64,000 bases of DNA from Octopus vulgaris (GCA_951406725.2 OX597818.1:45446001-45510000), one strand, 5' to 3'; numbered from the stretch's first letter, positions 26,240 through 39,833 are shown. A program made the numbers and translations. Notes: generated by a model not told the origin, from the letters alone.

Positions 26240-26592
26240 GTGTGTGTATAATCGGGTATAATCAGCCGAAATTGCGAAGATAATCTGGTACTCGACTGAG
26301 GAAAGAAAGCTTCGAATGACCCCTCCTTGGTTTCTTTGTATCGTCTATCTGGATGTCTTGTCTCATTTTTGTATCACCTAACTGTCCAGATGTTTTGAAG
26401 TCTTGTCCCATTTTGTATTATATATATATATATATGTATATATATACGACGGACTTCTTTCAGTTTCCGTCTACCAAATCCACTCACAAGGCTTTGGTCG
26501 GCTCGAAGCTATAGTAGAAGACACTTGCCCAAGGTGCCACGCAGTGGGACTGAACCTAGAACCATGTGGTTGGTAAGCAAGCCACTCCTACG
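25940..26592 (-). mobile_element. SINE A with a ~170-bp foreign insert in its internal microsatellite
   Basis: A halves at 25940-26160 and 26445-26592; unrelated insert at 26250-26420. Confidence 0.88.
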
Positions 26593-27139
26593 CTTATATC
26601 ATATGTTTTCTCGACCATTCTTGACATGGGGCTAAACAACAACAGCAGCTGTCTATTAGAAGGACACAACAATAGACTGGTTAATAAAAAAATATAACCA
26701 ACCTTATCTGTAAAAATGCCAACTCTACCACACTTCCAAAGTATTATAATGCCAAATTGACAGCTGTACTGTAAAATCATACTAACAAACGGGTGCATAA
26801 AAAGTATCTAAATTAGTTCCCCTATTGAAACTGTCGAACTTCTTCTTACAATCAGGACTCACGCCATTAGCCACAAAGAATAATCTCTAATTCAAGCCTA
26901 CTCTAAGCTACTAAGAATGCGTGTGGCAACTTGAAGATCCATCCACCACACGCGATAGACAGGCGGTTGCACGGGCGCGAAAGCTACGTTGTCATCCTCA
27001 TTCCCTAAACGGTGGTTTTTAACGGGTGGAGAACTGAACCATCCTGAGGGAAAGAGGATTCACAATCTAGACTAGGGTCTGAAAGTTTACCACACCATAG
27101 TGGGTTACACCATGGTTCCTCTGTTTTGTGGCAGAAGTA

Positions 27140-27306
27140 GGAAGAAAGAGTGGGAAGAAAGAGTTCACCACTACCCTCCGCCGGAACCTCGTGGAGCTTA
27201 GGTGTTTTTGCTCAAAAAACACTCACAATGCCCGGTCTGGGAATCAAAACCATGTTCTTACGACCGCGAGTCCGCTGCCCTAACCACTGGGCCAGTGCGC
27301 CTCCAC
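27140..27306 (-). mobile_element. SINE C, partial
   Basis: Reverse complement of the C head and body. Confidence 0.8.
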
Positions 27307-27926
27307 GCTGTTGTGGTTGTCACTGTCATTAGGAATCTTGTTGTGATTGAGAAACTCACTTCGCAACCACATTATCCCGGATTCTATCCAAATGCGAACT
27401 CCATCTAAAAATGTTTTCAATCACAGCCTCTTGAAAGCGGAATATGGTAAACAGAAAATGTGCAGAAGCACGTTATATATAGGTATAACTAATAACCTTG
27501 ACTGTAATTCACGGTTCGTTAACAGAAATAATGTTAAAGTTGTTCTTTACTTATTTAGATATAAGCAGTTATGTAGTATAGATAGGGATGTATGTTGAGA
27601 TGTATGAAATTTGTTGTAATGTAATGCATTTTAAGGTGGCTAACCGGCAGAATCGTTAGCTAAGCGCCATTTCTTCCGGCTTTTTATGTTCTGAATTAAA
27701 ATCCTTCGGCTTTTTATCTTTTCCGAGTTGACAAAATAGAGTACTAATCGATGTAATCGATTTCGCCCCTTCCCCTAAAAATTTCTGAGCTCGAGCCAAA
27801 ATTTCAAGCAATTTTACAGTGATATCATGCATCGCAAAATACTGTGATGTAGTGAAGTAATAAAGTATAATATGAAAATGAGTGACTGTTGAAGTTTAGA
27901 GCGAAAAATCGCAAAATAGAACATAA

Positions 27927-28087
27927 GCGCAGGAGTGGCTGTGTGGTAAGTAGCTTGCTAACCAACCACATGGTTCCGGGTTCAGTCCCACTGCGTGGCA
28001 TCTTGGGCAAGTGTCTTCTGCTATAGCCCCGGGTCGACCAATGCCTTGTGAGTGGATTTGGTAGACGGAAACTGAAAGAAGCCCGTC

Positions 28088-28129
<42 letters not shown>

Positions 28130-28415
28130 CGGGGACGCAGACACACCAGCATCGGTTGTCAAGCAATGCTAGGGGGACAAACACAGACACACAAACACAC
28201 ACACACATATATATATGTGTGTTTGTTCCCCTAGCATTGCTTGACAACCGATGCTGGTGTGTCTACGTCCCCGTCACTTGGCGGTTCGGCGGAACAGACC
28301 AGTGGAATAAGTACTGGGCTTACAAAGAATAAGTCCCGGGGTCGATTTGCTCGACTAAAGGCGGTGCTCCAGCATGGCCGCAGTCAAATGACTGAAACAA
28401 GTAAAAGAAAAGAAT
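27927..28415 (+). mobile_element. SINE A with internal inverted duplication
   Basis: ~28127-28185 is the reverse complement of ~28218-28276. Confidence 0.9.
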
Positions 28416-28855
28416 AAATAATAATAGAATAAAATAATAACCGAGGAATTTTTCTGGCTCTTTACGTTCTAAGTTCTCAAATTTATCTTTTTTTTTTGTT
28501 CATTGTAAATCATTAAATATTTATTCATTGGTTATATTGGCTGCCAGGCCAGAATAAATACCTGAGTCGATGCTCAAGACAATGAAGTAAGATATACAAA
28601 CTTAAGGGTAGTTCAAATACGTCTGGAGGTACTAGAAATCACAAAGGCTGTTCACAACAGTTTTCGAGGTCGATAGAAAAACGGTCAAGTACAGGGGCCT
28701 AGTTAATGGACTGATGATCTCTACAAAGATAGTGAGCTAGTACGGTATAGTATGGCCCAAATCGCCACAGAACAGTTTGTCTGTGGTAGCAGGATAAGCG
28801 GCACAGCGGTTGGAGTGCGTACCCTGCCGTTATCTCTATATTATCTAAGTGTTTA

Positions 28856-30370
28856 AGGCGGCGACTTACGAGAATCGTTAACATGCCGGGCAAAATGCTT
28901 AGCGGCATTTCGTCCGTCTTCACATTCTGAGTTCAAATTCCACCGAGGTCGACTTTATCTCTCATTCTTTCGGGGTCCAGTTGATGCAATCGACTTAGAC
29001 CCTCTTCCAAAATTGCTGACCTTGTGCCAAAATTTGAAACCAGTATATTAGGAAAGAGCAAGATTTTGCTCGCAGAATTGTTAGCAAGCCAGGTAAAATG
29101 CTTAGTGATATATCGCCCGTCTTCACGTTCCGGGGTCGACTTTGTCTTTTATCTTTTCGGGGTCGAAAAACTAAGTATCATTTGAAAGCTGTGGTAGCGG
29201 AAATCGACTTAAATCCTCTCAAAAGTGCTGGCCTTCTGCCAAAATTTGAAACCATTGTTATTATTTAAGGGAGTGAATGCGGTGAGCTGGCAAGAAACGT
29301 TAGCACGCCGGGCAAAATGCGTAGCCGTATTTCGTCTGCCGTTACGTTCCGTGTTCAAATTCCGCCGAGGTCGACTTTGCCTTTCATCCTTTCGGGGTCG
29401 ATTAAATTAAGTACCAGTAACGCACTGGGGTCGATATAATCGACTTAATCCGTTTGTCTGTCCTTGTTTATCCCTGCTGTGTTTAGCCCATTGTGGGTAG
29501 TAAAGAAATAGATATTTCCTCTGCCGCTACGTTCCGAGTTCAAATTCCACCGAGGTCGACTTTGCCTTTCATCCTTTCGGGGTTGATGAAATAAGTACCA
29601 GTTACGCACTGGGGTCGATGTAATCGACTAACCCCTGCCCCAAATTTTCAGTCCTTGTTTGTCCCTGCTGTGTTTAGCCCTTGTGGTAGTAAAGAAATAG
29701 GTATTTCCTCTGCCGCTACGTTCCGAGTTCAAATTCCACCGAGGTCGACTTTGCCTTTCATCCTTTCGGGGTTGATGAAATAAGTACCAGTTACGCACTG
29801 GGGTCGATGTAATCGACTAACCCCTGCCCCAAATTTTCAGGCCTTGTTCCTACAGTAGTGAGGACTATTTATGGTGGCGAGCTGGCAGTGTCGTTAGCAC
29901 GCCGGGTAAAATGCTTAGCGGCGTTTCGTTCGTCTCTACATTCCGATTTCAAATTCCACCATGGTCAACTTTTCCTTTCATACTTTCGGGATCGATAAAG
30001 TAAGTACCAATTGAGTACCAGAGTCGATGTAATGGACAAGCCCCTATCCCCCAAATTTCAAGTATTTTGCAAAAATTTGAAACGAATATTATCTGTGTAA
30101 CACCCTATACAATATTATCTATGTGTAGCACACAGTCAATACAACATATATATTTCTTTACTGCCCACAAGGGGCTAAACATAGAGGGGACAAACAAGGA
30201 CAAAGGAATCACAATGACCCCAGTTGCAAAACTGGTACTTTATTTATCGACCCCGAAAGGATGAAAGGAAAAGTCGACCTCGGCGGAATTTGAACTCAGA
30301 GCATAACGGCAGACGAAATACCGCTAAACATTTCGCCCGGCGCGCTAACGTTTCTGCCAGCTCGCAACCT
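28856..30370 (+). mobile_element. SINE B cluster including a three-unit array (29280-29865) and an inverted copy (30150-30370)
   Basis: Repeated GGTCGACTTT..CATCCTTTCGGGG domains. Confidence 0.9.
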
Positions 30371-30439
30371 TATACATATACAACATATTCAGTATACAAG
30401 TATACAACATATACTCACATACAGTATACAACATATACT

Positions 30440-30478
<39 letters not shown>

Positions 30479-30836
30479 CATGCAACGTCTTTCACTCACG
30501 CCCACACACACGCAAAAAACGGATCCCATTGGAAAGGATAAAGGATGACGTAAAGAAAAGGAGTTCTTTTGAAGTTTAATCAAACGTAATGCCTGGAGTT
30601 GGCTGCTTCTGACACAACTACTTCAAGTCAAACGAAACATCATAGAAACAAAGTAGCATTTTCCCCTTATCGAGAGTTGTGGTTTGCTATCTGCTTCCTT
30701 GTCTAGAATCTCTAAGCATATTTACATTCTGCAAAATTACACTTTTAAATGTCGCTTTTAAAAAAAAAAGTATAAAGAATGGATTGATGACGCACATATT
30801 TGGTGCCAGTATTAAACAGTAAATATTAATGCCGTA

Positions 30837-31620
30837 GTGGAGGCGCAATGGCCCAGTGGTTAGGGCAGCGGACTCACGGTCGGAGGATCGCGGTTTCGAT
30901 TCCCAGACCGGGCGTTGTGTGTGTTTATTGAGCGAAAACACCTAAAGCTCCACGAGGCTCCGGCAAGGGGATGGTGGTGATCCCTGCTGTACTCTTTCAC
31001 CACAACTTTCTCTTACTCTTACTTCCTGTTTCTGTTGTACCTGTATTTCAAAGGGCTGGCCTTGTCACTCTCTGTGTCACGCTGAATATCCCCGAGAACT
31101 ACGTTAAGGGTACACGTGTCTGCGGAGTGCTCAGCCACTTACACGTTAATTTCACGAGCAGGCTGTTCCATTGATTCGGATCAACCGTAACCCTCGTCGT
31201 CGTAACCGACGGAGTGCTTCCAATAGTGGAGGCGCAATAGCCCAGTGGTTAGGGCAGCGGACTCACGGTCGGAGGATCGCGGTTTCGATTCCCAGACCGG
31301 GCGTTGTGTGTGTTTATTGAGCGAAAACACCTAAAGCTCCACGACGCTCCGACAAGGGGTGGTGGCGACCCCTGTTTTTTCTCTTTCGCCCCAGCTTTCA
31401 CTCTTCTTTCCTATCTCTTGAAAAGCTCCACGAGGCTCCGGCAAGGGGTGGTGGCGACCCCCTTTTGTTCTCTTTCGCCCCAACTTTCACTCTTCTTTCC
31501 TATCTCTTGAGTAACGTTGCGATGGACTGGCGTCCCGTCCAGCTGGGGGGAACACATACGCCACTGAAACCGCGAAACCGGGCCCATGAGCCTAGCTAAG
31601 CTTCAAAAAGGGTGCATAAA
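30837..31620 (+). mobile_element. Two tandem SINE C copies (tail i, then tail ii)
   Basis: Near-identical heads at 30837 and 31226 followed by unrelated 3' tails. Confidence 0.9.
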
Positions 31621-31642
31621 TAAAATAATAAATTAATGCCAT

Positions 31643-31691
31643 AAGCAGCAGCAGCAACAACAACAGTAGCAACAGCAGCAGCAGCAGTAGT

Positions 31692-31750
<59 letters not shown>

Positions 31751-31753
31751 AGT

Positions 31754-31794
<41 letters not shown>

Positions 31795-31972
31795 CAGCAG
31801 TAGTAGTAGTAGCAGCAGTAGTAGTAGTAGTAGTAGTAGTAGTAGCAGCAGCAGCAGCAGCAGCAGAAGTAGTAGTAGTAGAGTAGTAGTAGTAGTAGTA
31901 GTCTTTGTTGTTGTTGCTGTTGTTGTTGTTGCTGCTGCTGCTGCTGCTACTACTTCTGCTGCAGCCGCTGTT
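31643..31972. repeat. Compound trinucleotide array (CAG/TAG/GTT/GCT)
   Basis: Directly visible; TAG runs close the poly-Q frame. Confidence 0.97.
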
Positions 31973-32665
31973 GTTCTATTAGCCATGATGTTGTGGTGCA
32001 TGTTGTCACTTTAAATCATACAAATGCCTCTCATTGATAACGAATCGTATACATGATATGACTGCACAGTTCACCAGTGTCGTTGTTATTGCTATTATTT
32101 GAGCCCTGCGTCAACCCGAATCGAGCAGATCTATGATCAACGACATTGCAGCCATGACCATCACGTATTTTTAGTGGTATGTGGCACTATACAATCTAGT
32201 GTACCTTATCATAATCAAAGGTAGTTAGGCTGTAATTTAAGTGAGAATACACGTGCTATTTCTAGCAGAATGAGTTACCATATAGATGTTCCATTGTTGA
32301 CTCGGGCACACCAGTGTGACACTGCACCAACGTATCTCAAACATCTGACAACAAGGTAAATTCCATCGAATAGCTGATAGAATTACCATTCTATAGAGAC
32401 GTAGAAATATAAAACGATTCTAGTCTTACAATAGCAAATTTTCATTTAAATAATCAGCAATGTACGATCGCCACTTCACCTTCTGGGATGTATTGTTTAA
32501 TACTTAACACGAAGATATGATATGCTTCACTGGAAGATTTGAAATTTGTCTCTGATCCTGTATATATATATTGATGTCAGACAGTATATCCTTCCCATAA
32601 CCATCAAATAATACACTTCAGGTATAGTTCCTATACTCGACAACGTTTAGGAACTCTCTATCTAT

Positions 32666-32721
<56 letters not shown>

Positions 32722-32722
<1 letters not shown>

Positions 32723-33092
32723 CGTAGGCTTTTCTTCCCACGGATAAACCTTACTTGCTTTCCCCTTTACACCATACATCATAACACTGTGATACACGAT
32801 CCCTATTGATCGTTTTTTTTTTCCTCTTCCCCTTTTTTCCTCTTTTTTCTTCTTTTTTCATTTCTCTTTTCTTTTGTTCCTTTTCCTTTTTTCTTTTTTT
32901 TCTTTCTTTTTTTTTAATTTTATTTTTTCTTTTTTTCCCCTTTTACGATCCCTTTTGATCGAAAACCTACGCCACCTTTTTTTGTTTCTTTTGTTTTTTT
33001 TTTGTTTTTTTGTTTTTTTTCATCCCCCAAAAAAAAGCTCTACCTTGTAACTTGTCCCATCTGTGTGCAGCCCTGTGTGGCCAATAAAGAAA
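32722..33092 (+). mobile_element. Retroelement 3' UTR fragment inserted in (TATC)n
   Basis: T-rich body ending CAGCCCTGTGTGGCCAATAAAGAAA with TATC repeats on both sides. Confidence 0.6.
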
Positions 33093-33149
33093 CTTATCTA
33101 TCTTCCCCTTTCATAGAATATATTCCATCTTTGGAATCCCACTTCAATG

Positions 33150-33960
33150 TGTCCCATTCTCTAGTACAAACCTTCTTCTAACCCACCCAACTATCGAACT
33201 TTCACTTGTGATAATCTCACAAGGAGATGATCACTGACACCCACTTTCTCTTCTCCAAACACTCTCGAGGTTTACTAGAAACCTGGACTGTTGCACACAA
33301 AAACTTTAGTGAACACCGCGTTGTTGTACTCAATAGCAACAAAATATTCTACAGAGTCTTGCTGGTGGATATCTTAGCTAAACTGTCTATGGAGACCATC
33401 CATGTCTCAGCTCTTGGATTCCAGTCAGATTGCACCATCACAATATGTATTAGTAGAGTTCTCTCTTACCCATGCTTTTTGAATTCTGGTATGCCTCAGG
33501 ATCCATTTCGTACCCCGATAGTCTTCTTCTTACTCGTCAGCAATCTGCTTGCGACTATTTTCAATAATTCCTATGCAGATAATAATCCTTAATTTTCTGC
33601 GCTCTAACATTATCCACATGCAGTCAAAAAATCTTACAAATTTACAAACTCTATGAAGAAAACCTGGGAAAAATTTTTCTGTGAGGTCATGCCAATGTTA
33701 TGTGCTTCCACTTGGCAAATACACCAATCACTATACTCAACAAGAAAATAGTATTAAACTCGACTTAAACATGAACAAAACACAACTAGAACTAGAAACT
33801 TCGAGAGAGCTACAAACACTAAATCTCATTATCATTGATGATCTCTTCTGATGATTGCACATCTTCATCATAATATTGATTACATCACAAAAAAGACTGA
33901 CTTCCCTCTTTTTTCCAGAAAATAGGCCTCACATTTATCGCTTCGTCCTTTCTTGAAGTC
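33150..33960 (+). pseudogene. CR1/L2-like reverse transcriptase fragment
   Basis: ORF 33227-33592 has NSGMPQDPFRTPIVFFLLVSNL (SGVPQGS.L.P.LF...ND) and SYADN (YADD). Confidence 0.72.
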
Positions 33961-34981
33961 GTCAATGTGCAGCTATTCAAAAGAAAAGTTAACCACATCA
34001 AAATTTTTTTTGACTCAGAAGGCCTGTGGAAATCGCAGCTCATAGTTTCTGCCCCTTTGATCTTCACAGGACAAACCAGTATAAAAACAGTCCTGGCTAT
34101 TTTGGTTTGTTTAAAGTCAAGATTGTTTTGTAGAATTCTGACTTTGTAGACTTGCTTAATACACAAATATTTTCCCAATACATTGCTGATATCCAAAATG
34201 AAAACAAACATCAAATATCCTCCCTTAACAGATTTGTTTAATCTAAACCTAATATACATAATGGTGAAATATATCGTTGAATAATCCAGTCATTGAAGTG
34301 AAATAAACAAAAGTATAGAAGAAACTTGTTTGTTTTGTCTTTATCTTTTTGTTTGTTTGTTAGTTTGGGTTGGGGTTTTTTTTTGCTTTTGTTGCTTTTT
34401 GTTGGTTTTTTGTTGGGTTTTTTTCCAAATACTGCTAATATATAATATGATCACTGATTTATTGTCTGCAAATTGCAAGTGACGTCCAATACTTTGAAAT
34501 CGTGTTTCTAGCAATAATTAACTCACTGAATAATCGTAGGTATGTTTTTTTTCCATGGAAATATCCTAGCTGTGTTCGGTCAATGGCCGTCAAACTAAGT
34601 TTTCCTTTGTGAGAGATAATTTAGCTAGATCATGCGATATAAGGTGTGAAGAGGCGATATAAACGGAAAGAAGAATTATCATTCATCGTCATCATTGCAA
34701 CTAGCAATGAAAGAAAAGGAAGATTTTATGTGTGTGCCCACGTACGTGTGTGTGTGTGAACGTGTATGTGCGTGTCTGTTTATGTACTTGACTGAGTGTG
34801 TGTATGTGTGCGTGTGTCTGTGAGTGTTCTTTTATTGGTTCAAATCGTTGGACTACGGTCATGCTGGAGCGCAGCCTTCATGGATGAATTATATAAACCT
34901 TGTATTTCTTTGACTTTATAAGCTGAATAGACAAAGTCGGTATGGGCCCAAAGGGACCTAACTCGGATTGGATCATATACC

Positions 34982-35214
34982 TATTTCTTTATTACCCACA
35001 AGGGGCTAAACACAGAAGGGACTAACAAGGACAGACAAACGGATTAAGTCGATTATATCGACCCCAGTGCGTAACCGGTACTTAATTTATCGACCCCGAA
35101 AGGATGAAAGGCAAAGTCGACCTCGGCGGACTTTGAACTCAGAACGTAACGGCAGACGAAATACGGCTACGCATTTCGCCCGATGTGCTAACGCTTCTGC
35201 CAGCTCGCCGCCTT
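34982..35214 (-). mobile_element. SINE B, full length with TSD
   Basis: TSD TTGGATCA(T/A)ATACC at 34968-34981 and 35213-35226. Confidence 0.92.
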
Positions 35215-35281
35215 GGATCAAATACCACAATGCATTTTGTTCATGGCACCCAGCATACTACCTCTCACCTCTGTATGTAAA

Positions 35282-35330
<49 letters not shown>

Positions 35331-36492
35331 TGTCTGTGTGTGTGTGTGTGTGTGTGCGTGTGTGTGTGTGAGTGTGTGTGTGTAAGCGTGTATTAACGAA
35401 AAACTTTTGCGGTTAACGGAAAATTCAATATGAAAATAAATTCATGTTTAGATTGATAATTTACATCAAAATATAAATATCGCTGAAATGAAATGACGCT
35501 TCAAAAGAAAAACTGCACAGCTTTCGTTCGGCAAATTTACTTCGCCCCCAAGGCTTTGCTCGACCGGAGACTGTGGCAAGGGACGTTTGTTCAAGGTGTC
35601 ATCCAGTGAAATCGACCCCGGAACCACGCAGTTACAAATCGAACTACTTGACCAAATACTCAAAAAAATAAAAGAGAGCGACAACATTAAGAATGTGAGT
35701 GGAAGGTGTGTATATGTGTATGCATACATGTATACGAGTAGAGAATGTGTATATTATATACATGTACAGCTGTTACAGTGGAATCGAAAGAGAGTATATA
35801 TATACGATGACGTGCTTTTACATAAACGTCTGAATGTGTAAGGTATATGTGCTAATGTGTCTATGCCTGGGTGTAGAGAAGTGGTATCTCATGTCAATTA
35901 ATGTCACCAGAAATCTATTCTGATCGGTGTAAATCTATTCTCATATGCAGTCAGATAATATGATGAATCCTTAATAAGTCTTTAAATATTGTCTTTAATA
36001 TTGCTTTAGTTTATGATAATTGATCTCAATTAAATGATGGATATTAAGATAACTTACAGTTGTTCGTAATATGAGGAAACATATTTTTACGCAGAAGATT
36101 TAATGTATCTCAATACGTTGTCTGTCTTTGTATGTCTGTCTATGTGTGAACAGTAGATGATAAATAGGGTCTAGAAATTGTTCTTGCTATTAGTCGAGCC
36201 TACTGCTAGGTTTTGATACATGACTTGTGCCCTATAAAAACTGCTGGATCTCACCCATAAGGTATTGGAATCTTACATTGTGTATAAACTCTATATTTGA
36301 AAGGACTCATTTTAAACTCTGTTGGACTTTACTCATAAGGTATTGGAATCTTACATATATACCATTCTGCCTAAAAAATGGATCTACAACTTCAATATCC
36401 CTACATGTCTTGCTCTTATTTTCTTTCCTCCACCTCACTCTCTATTTTGTATCACTTCTAAACTAACTATGACTTAACCATCCTCTCACACC

Positions 36493-36544
36493 GTCTCCGA
36501 TGAAGGGATATGATTAATAAATATCCTGGAAACAGCTGTAAGAC
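36493..36544 (+). ncRNA. Minimal type I hammerhead motif (U4C core variant)
   Basis: GTCT-CCGATGA-aGGGATAT gattaataa ATATCCTg-GAAAC-AGCT-GTA-AGAC; the element ends at (TA)n near 36612. Confidence 0.65.
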
Positions 36545-36649
36545 CTTCTATCTATAAATGTTCTAATATCTACACAGCCTTAGTTTTTTATCGCATAACG
36601 CAAAATATTCTTATATATATATATATATATATTTGTTAATTTATTAGGA

Positions 36650-37370
36650 AAGAGCAACGCCGGGGAAAATGCTTCGTGACATTTCGTCTGTATTTGCGGT
36701 CTGAGTTTAAATACCACCGGAGTCAACTTTGACTTTCATCATTTCAGGATCAATAAAATAAGTACCAGTTGAGCATTGGGGTCGATTTAATCCACTAAGC
36801 TCCTCCCCTGAAATTGCTGGCCTTGTGTCAAAATTTAACACCAAAATATTAGGAAATAGAAAGATGGCGAGGAGCCAGAATCCTTAGCACGCCGAAAAAC
36901 GTACTTAGCGGCATTTCGCCCAACTTAAAGTTCCACGCTCAAATTCCGCTGAGGTCGACTTAGCGTTTGATCCTTTTGAGGTCAATAAAATAAGTACCAG
37001 TTGAGTACAGGGGCCGGTTAGATTGACTTTAATTGACTCCCTTTTGGGGTCGATTGAATATGTACAAGTTGATGCAATCGACTTAGTCCCTGTTCCAAAA
37101 TTACTGGCCTTGTGCCAAAATTTGAAACCAGTATATTAGGAAAAACCAAGACAGTGAGCTGGCAGAATCGTTAGCATGCCAGGCAAAATGCTTCGCGATA
37201 TTTCGTCCGTTTTCACGTTCTGAGTTCAAATTCTTCCGAGGTCGACTTCAACTTTCATCCTTTTGGTTTGATAAAATAAGTACCAGTTGAGCACTGAGGT
37301 CGATGTAATCGACTTACACCTTCCCTGAAATTGATGGCCCCGTGCCAAAATTTGAAACTAATGTATTAGG
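36650..37370 (+). mobile_element. Cluster of older SINE B copies
   Basis: Three to four diverged units with GGCCTTGTGCCAAAATTTGAAACC-type tails. Confidence 0.82.
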
Positions 37371-37453
37371 AAGGAACATTAAATTCTAATTATCTTTACT
37401 ATCGACTCTAAAGTGGATTGATCACCCGTTACTCAATATTTCTAATCCACAAA

Positions 37454-37590
37454 GACCAGTGGAATAAGTACTGGGCTTACAAAGAATAAGTCCCGGGGTC
37501 GATTTGCTCGACTAAAGGCGGTGCTCCAGCATGGCCGCAGTCAAATGACTGAAACAAGTAAAAGAAAAGAATAAATAAATAATAATAATA
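37454..37590 (+). mobile_element. 5'-truncated SINE A with 13-bp TSD
   Basis: TSD TAATCCACAAAGA at 37443-37455 and 37589-37601; matches 28297-28420 including the variant ACCAGTGGAATAAG. Confidence 0.9.
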
Positions 37591-37671
37591 ATCCACAAAG
37601 ATCGATCATTTTCCTCTAGTTTGCACAGTACTTCGTAGGATACGTACATTTATACAAGTATATAGGATATG

Positions 37672-37985
37672 GTGGAGGTACAATGGCCCAGTGGTTAGGG
37701 CAGCGGACTCGCGATCGTAGGATCGCGGTTTCGATTCCCAGACAGAGTGTTGTGAGTATTTATTGAGTGAAAACACCTAAAGCTCCTCGAGGCTCCGGCA
37801 AGGGTTGGTAGCGATCCCTGCTGTACTCTTTCGCCACAACTTTCTCTCGCTCTTTCCTCTGTTGGCCTGCCCGTTTAGCCAGCGGGGTGGCGTCACTTAA
37901 TGGCTAAAACAATGCAAAGTGCATTGTGACCAGCGATGTGTAGCAACATCTGATAGCCTGGTCGATCACGTGATCATGTGATACA
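37672..37985 (+). mobile_element. SINE C, tail type iii
   Basis: Tail GCATTGTGACCAGCGATGTGTAGCAACATCTGATAGCCTGGTC; related tails at 42878-42970 and 52290-52396. Confidence 0.88.
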
Positions 37986-38588
37986 GGATATGATAGAACG
38001 AAGAAGAAAGAAAAAAAGAATATCGTTTCTTTTTGTCTCCTTGTCACTCACGCTTTTTCCCAATCATTTTTTAAATATTTAAATGGCGTACTCTGTACAC
38101 CATGCGATATTTGTTAAATTATTCCTTTAGTAGTGACCAAAAATATTAGTGACTCTTTTTCCTTTGTAAATATCTATTCACTAATCACTTGTATTATGCT
38201 GTGGATGTCCGTACTGTGAGGACTAATATGCCAAGAGATGTCCATAGTTATAGCTTTCTTACAAATAGTGAAATGTAACGTCGACTTCAGTGGAATTTCT
38301 CCGGTGTGTTTGTCCGAATTTATCCGGCGTGTTACCGATTCTACCAGCTCACCGCTTTAATATGATAACAATGGTTTCAATTTTTGGCACAAGGTCAGTA
38401 AATTTTACGCGGGGAGGTAAATCGACCCAGTGTTCAAATGGTATTTATTTTGTCGATCCCGAAAGAATAAAAGGCAAAGTTGACCCCGGTGACATTTGCA
38501 CTCATAACGGAAAATCGGTGGAATTAGTTCTAAGCACTTTTCCGGGCGTGGTAACGATTCTGCTAACTCGCTGCCTTAATAATAATAA

Positions 38589-38622
<34 letters not shown>

Positions 38623-38699
38623 GGTGGTGGTGGTGATAGAAATTAAAATAATAAAATACATCATCTTCATCCTCCTCATTATCATCATCATCGTTATTA

Positions 38700-39262
38700 T
38701 TATTATTATTATTGAGTGAGAGAGTACATGCCATCAAAGTGACACTGGGGTAAAATATACGAAGCCCAGTATACTCATCATGACTACCTGTCTGATAAGG
38801 GTACACCAGGCACATGCATCACAACTATATGTGCGCGACATAGTGATCTCATATCAAGATGAACAGTGCATGACCTTGCAGGTGGGGTCCAGTTAGAATT
38901 TTTCTTCTGGTCGAGTAGCCCATCACACTCAAAAGGACCTGAATAAGGATTGTTTAAGGATGTTGAACGAACCACCCTTGTTTCTAATGGTGAATTATCC
39001 AAACCTCCAAGAATTCCTTTCAGCACATGGCTATGATGCTCCCCCACTGCTTCTGCTCGGGATCAGAGATGCACATATCATCAGCCACTAAGGGACATGC
39101 TCAACTGGTTAAGGTCAAACAACTGACAAGCAAATCTGTGGCATTGAGCAGAATATTTGCTGTATCCCATCTTTTATACCAAGACAAAACAATGTACATG
39201 ATAACACTTCCAATCAGTTAAGGTCAGAAGCCATGAGAGCCACTCCTTGGTACTGCATCAGT
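38700..39262 (-). mobile_element. Family D element flanked by (ATT)n on both sides
   Basis: Reverse complement of 14250-14630, extended ~190 bp further 5'. Confidence 0.82.
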
Positions 39263-39297
39263 GGATAAAAATTATAATTATAATTATTATTATTATA

Positions 39298-39362
<65 letters not shown>

Positions 39363-39774
39363 CATTATTATTAGAGCGTGTTTTTTTTAATTGAATATCT
39401 ATTGTCTACTGATATAATATTCCTCCACATAATTTAATTCTCTCTGTCCTCTTCCTTTTCCTTCTCACATACAATATAACTATATATTTCTAATTCTAAT
39501 AAAGCCTTCAAAAGTTCCCAGGAGAATGGCAACATTTATATACTTGTTGCATAATCATAATAAAAATTGTTGCCACTATGAAATTAGCATTGAGTCCTTT
39601 TGTAGTCTGTGTTTTTTATAGTCCTAATGAACAAGAACTTTAAATTCGGCTTTAAGCCAAACAAATGCCCACTCACCGATAAGTTACTCTAACAATTTGA
39701 ACAAATGTTTTCATTAGTTAAAAAAAAATACTTTATTTAGAAAACTTGCGTTGTACCTTCCACACGAAAGAATG

Positions 39775-39833
39775 TCATATATACATGCATGCAAACATCC
39801 ATACATGCATACATACATACATACATACATACA

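Noticed and set aside
31633-32001. Poly-Leu/Cys/Ala ORF and apparent poly-Q
   Set aside because: Pure trinucleotide array; the plus-strand poly-Q frame is broken by TAG and no exon context is visible.
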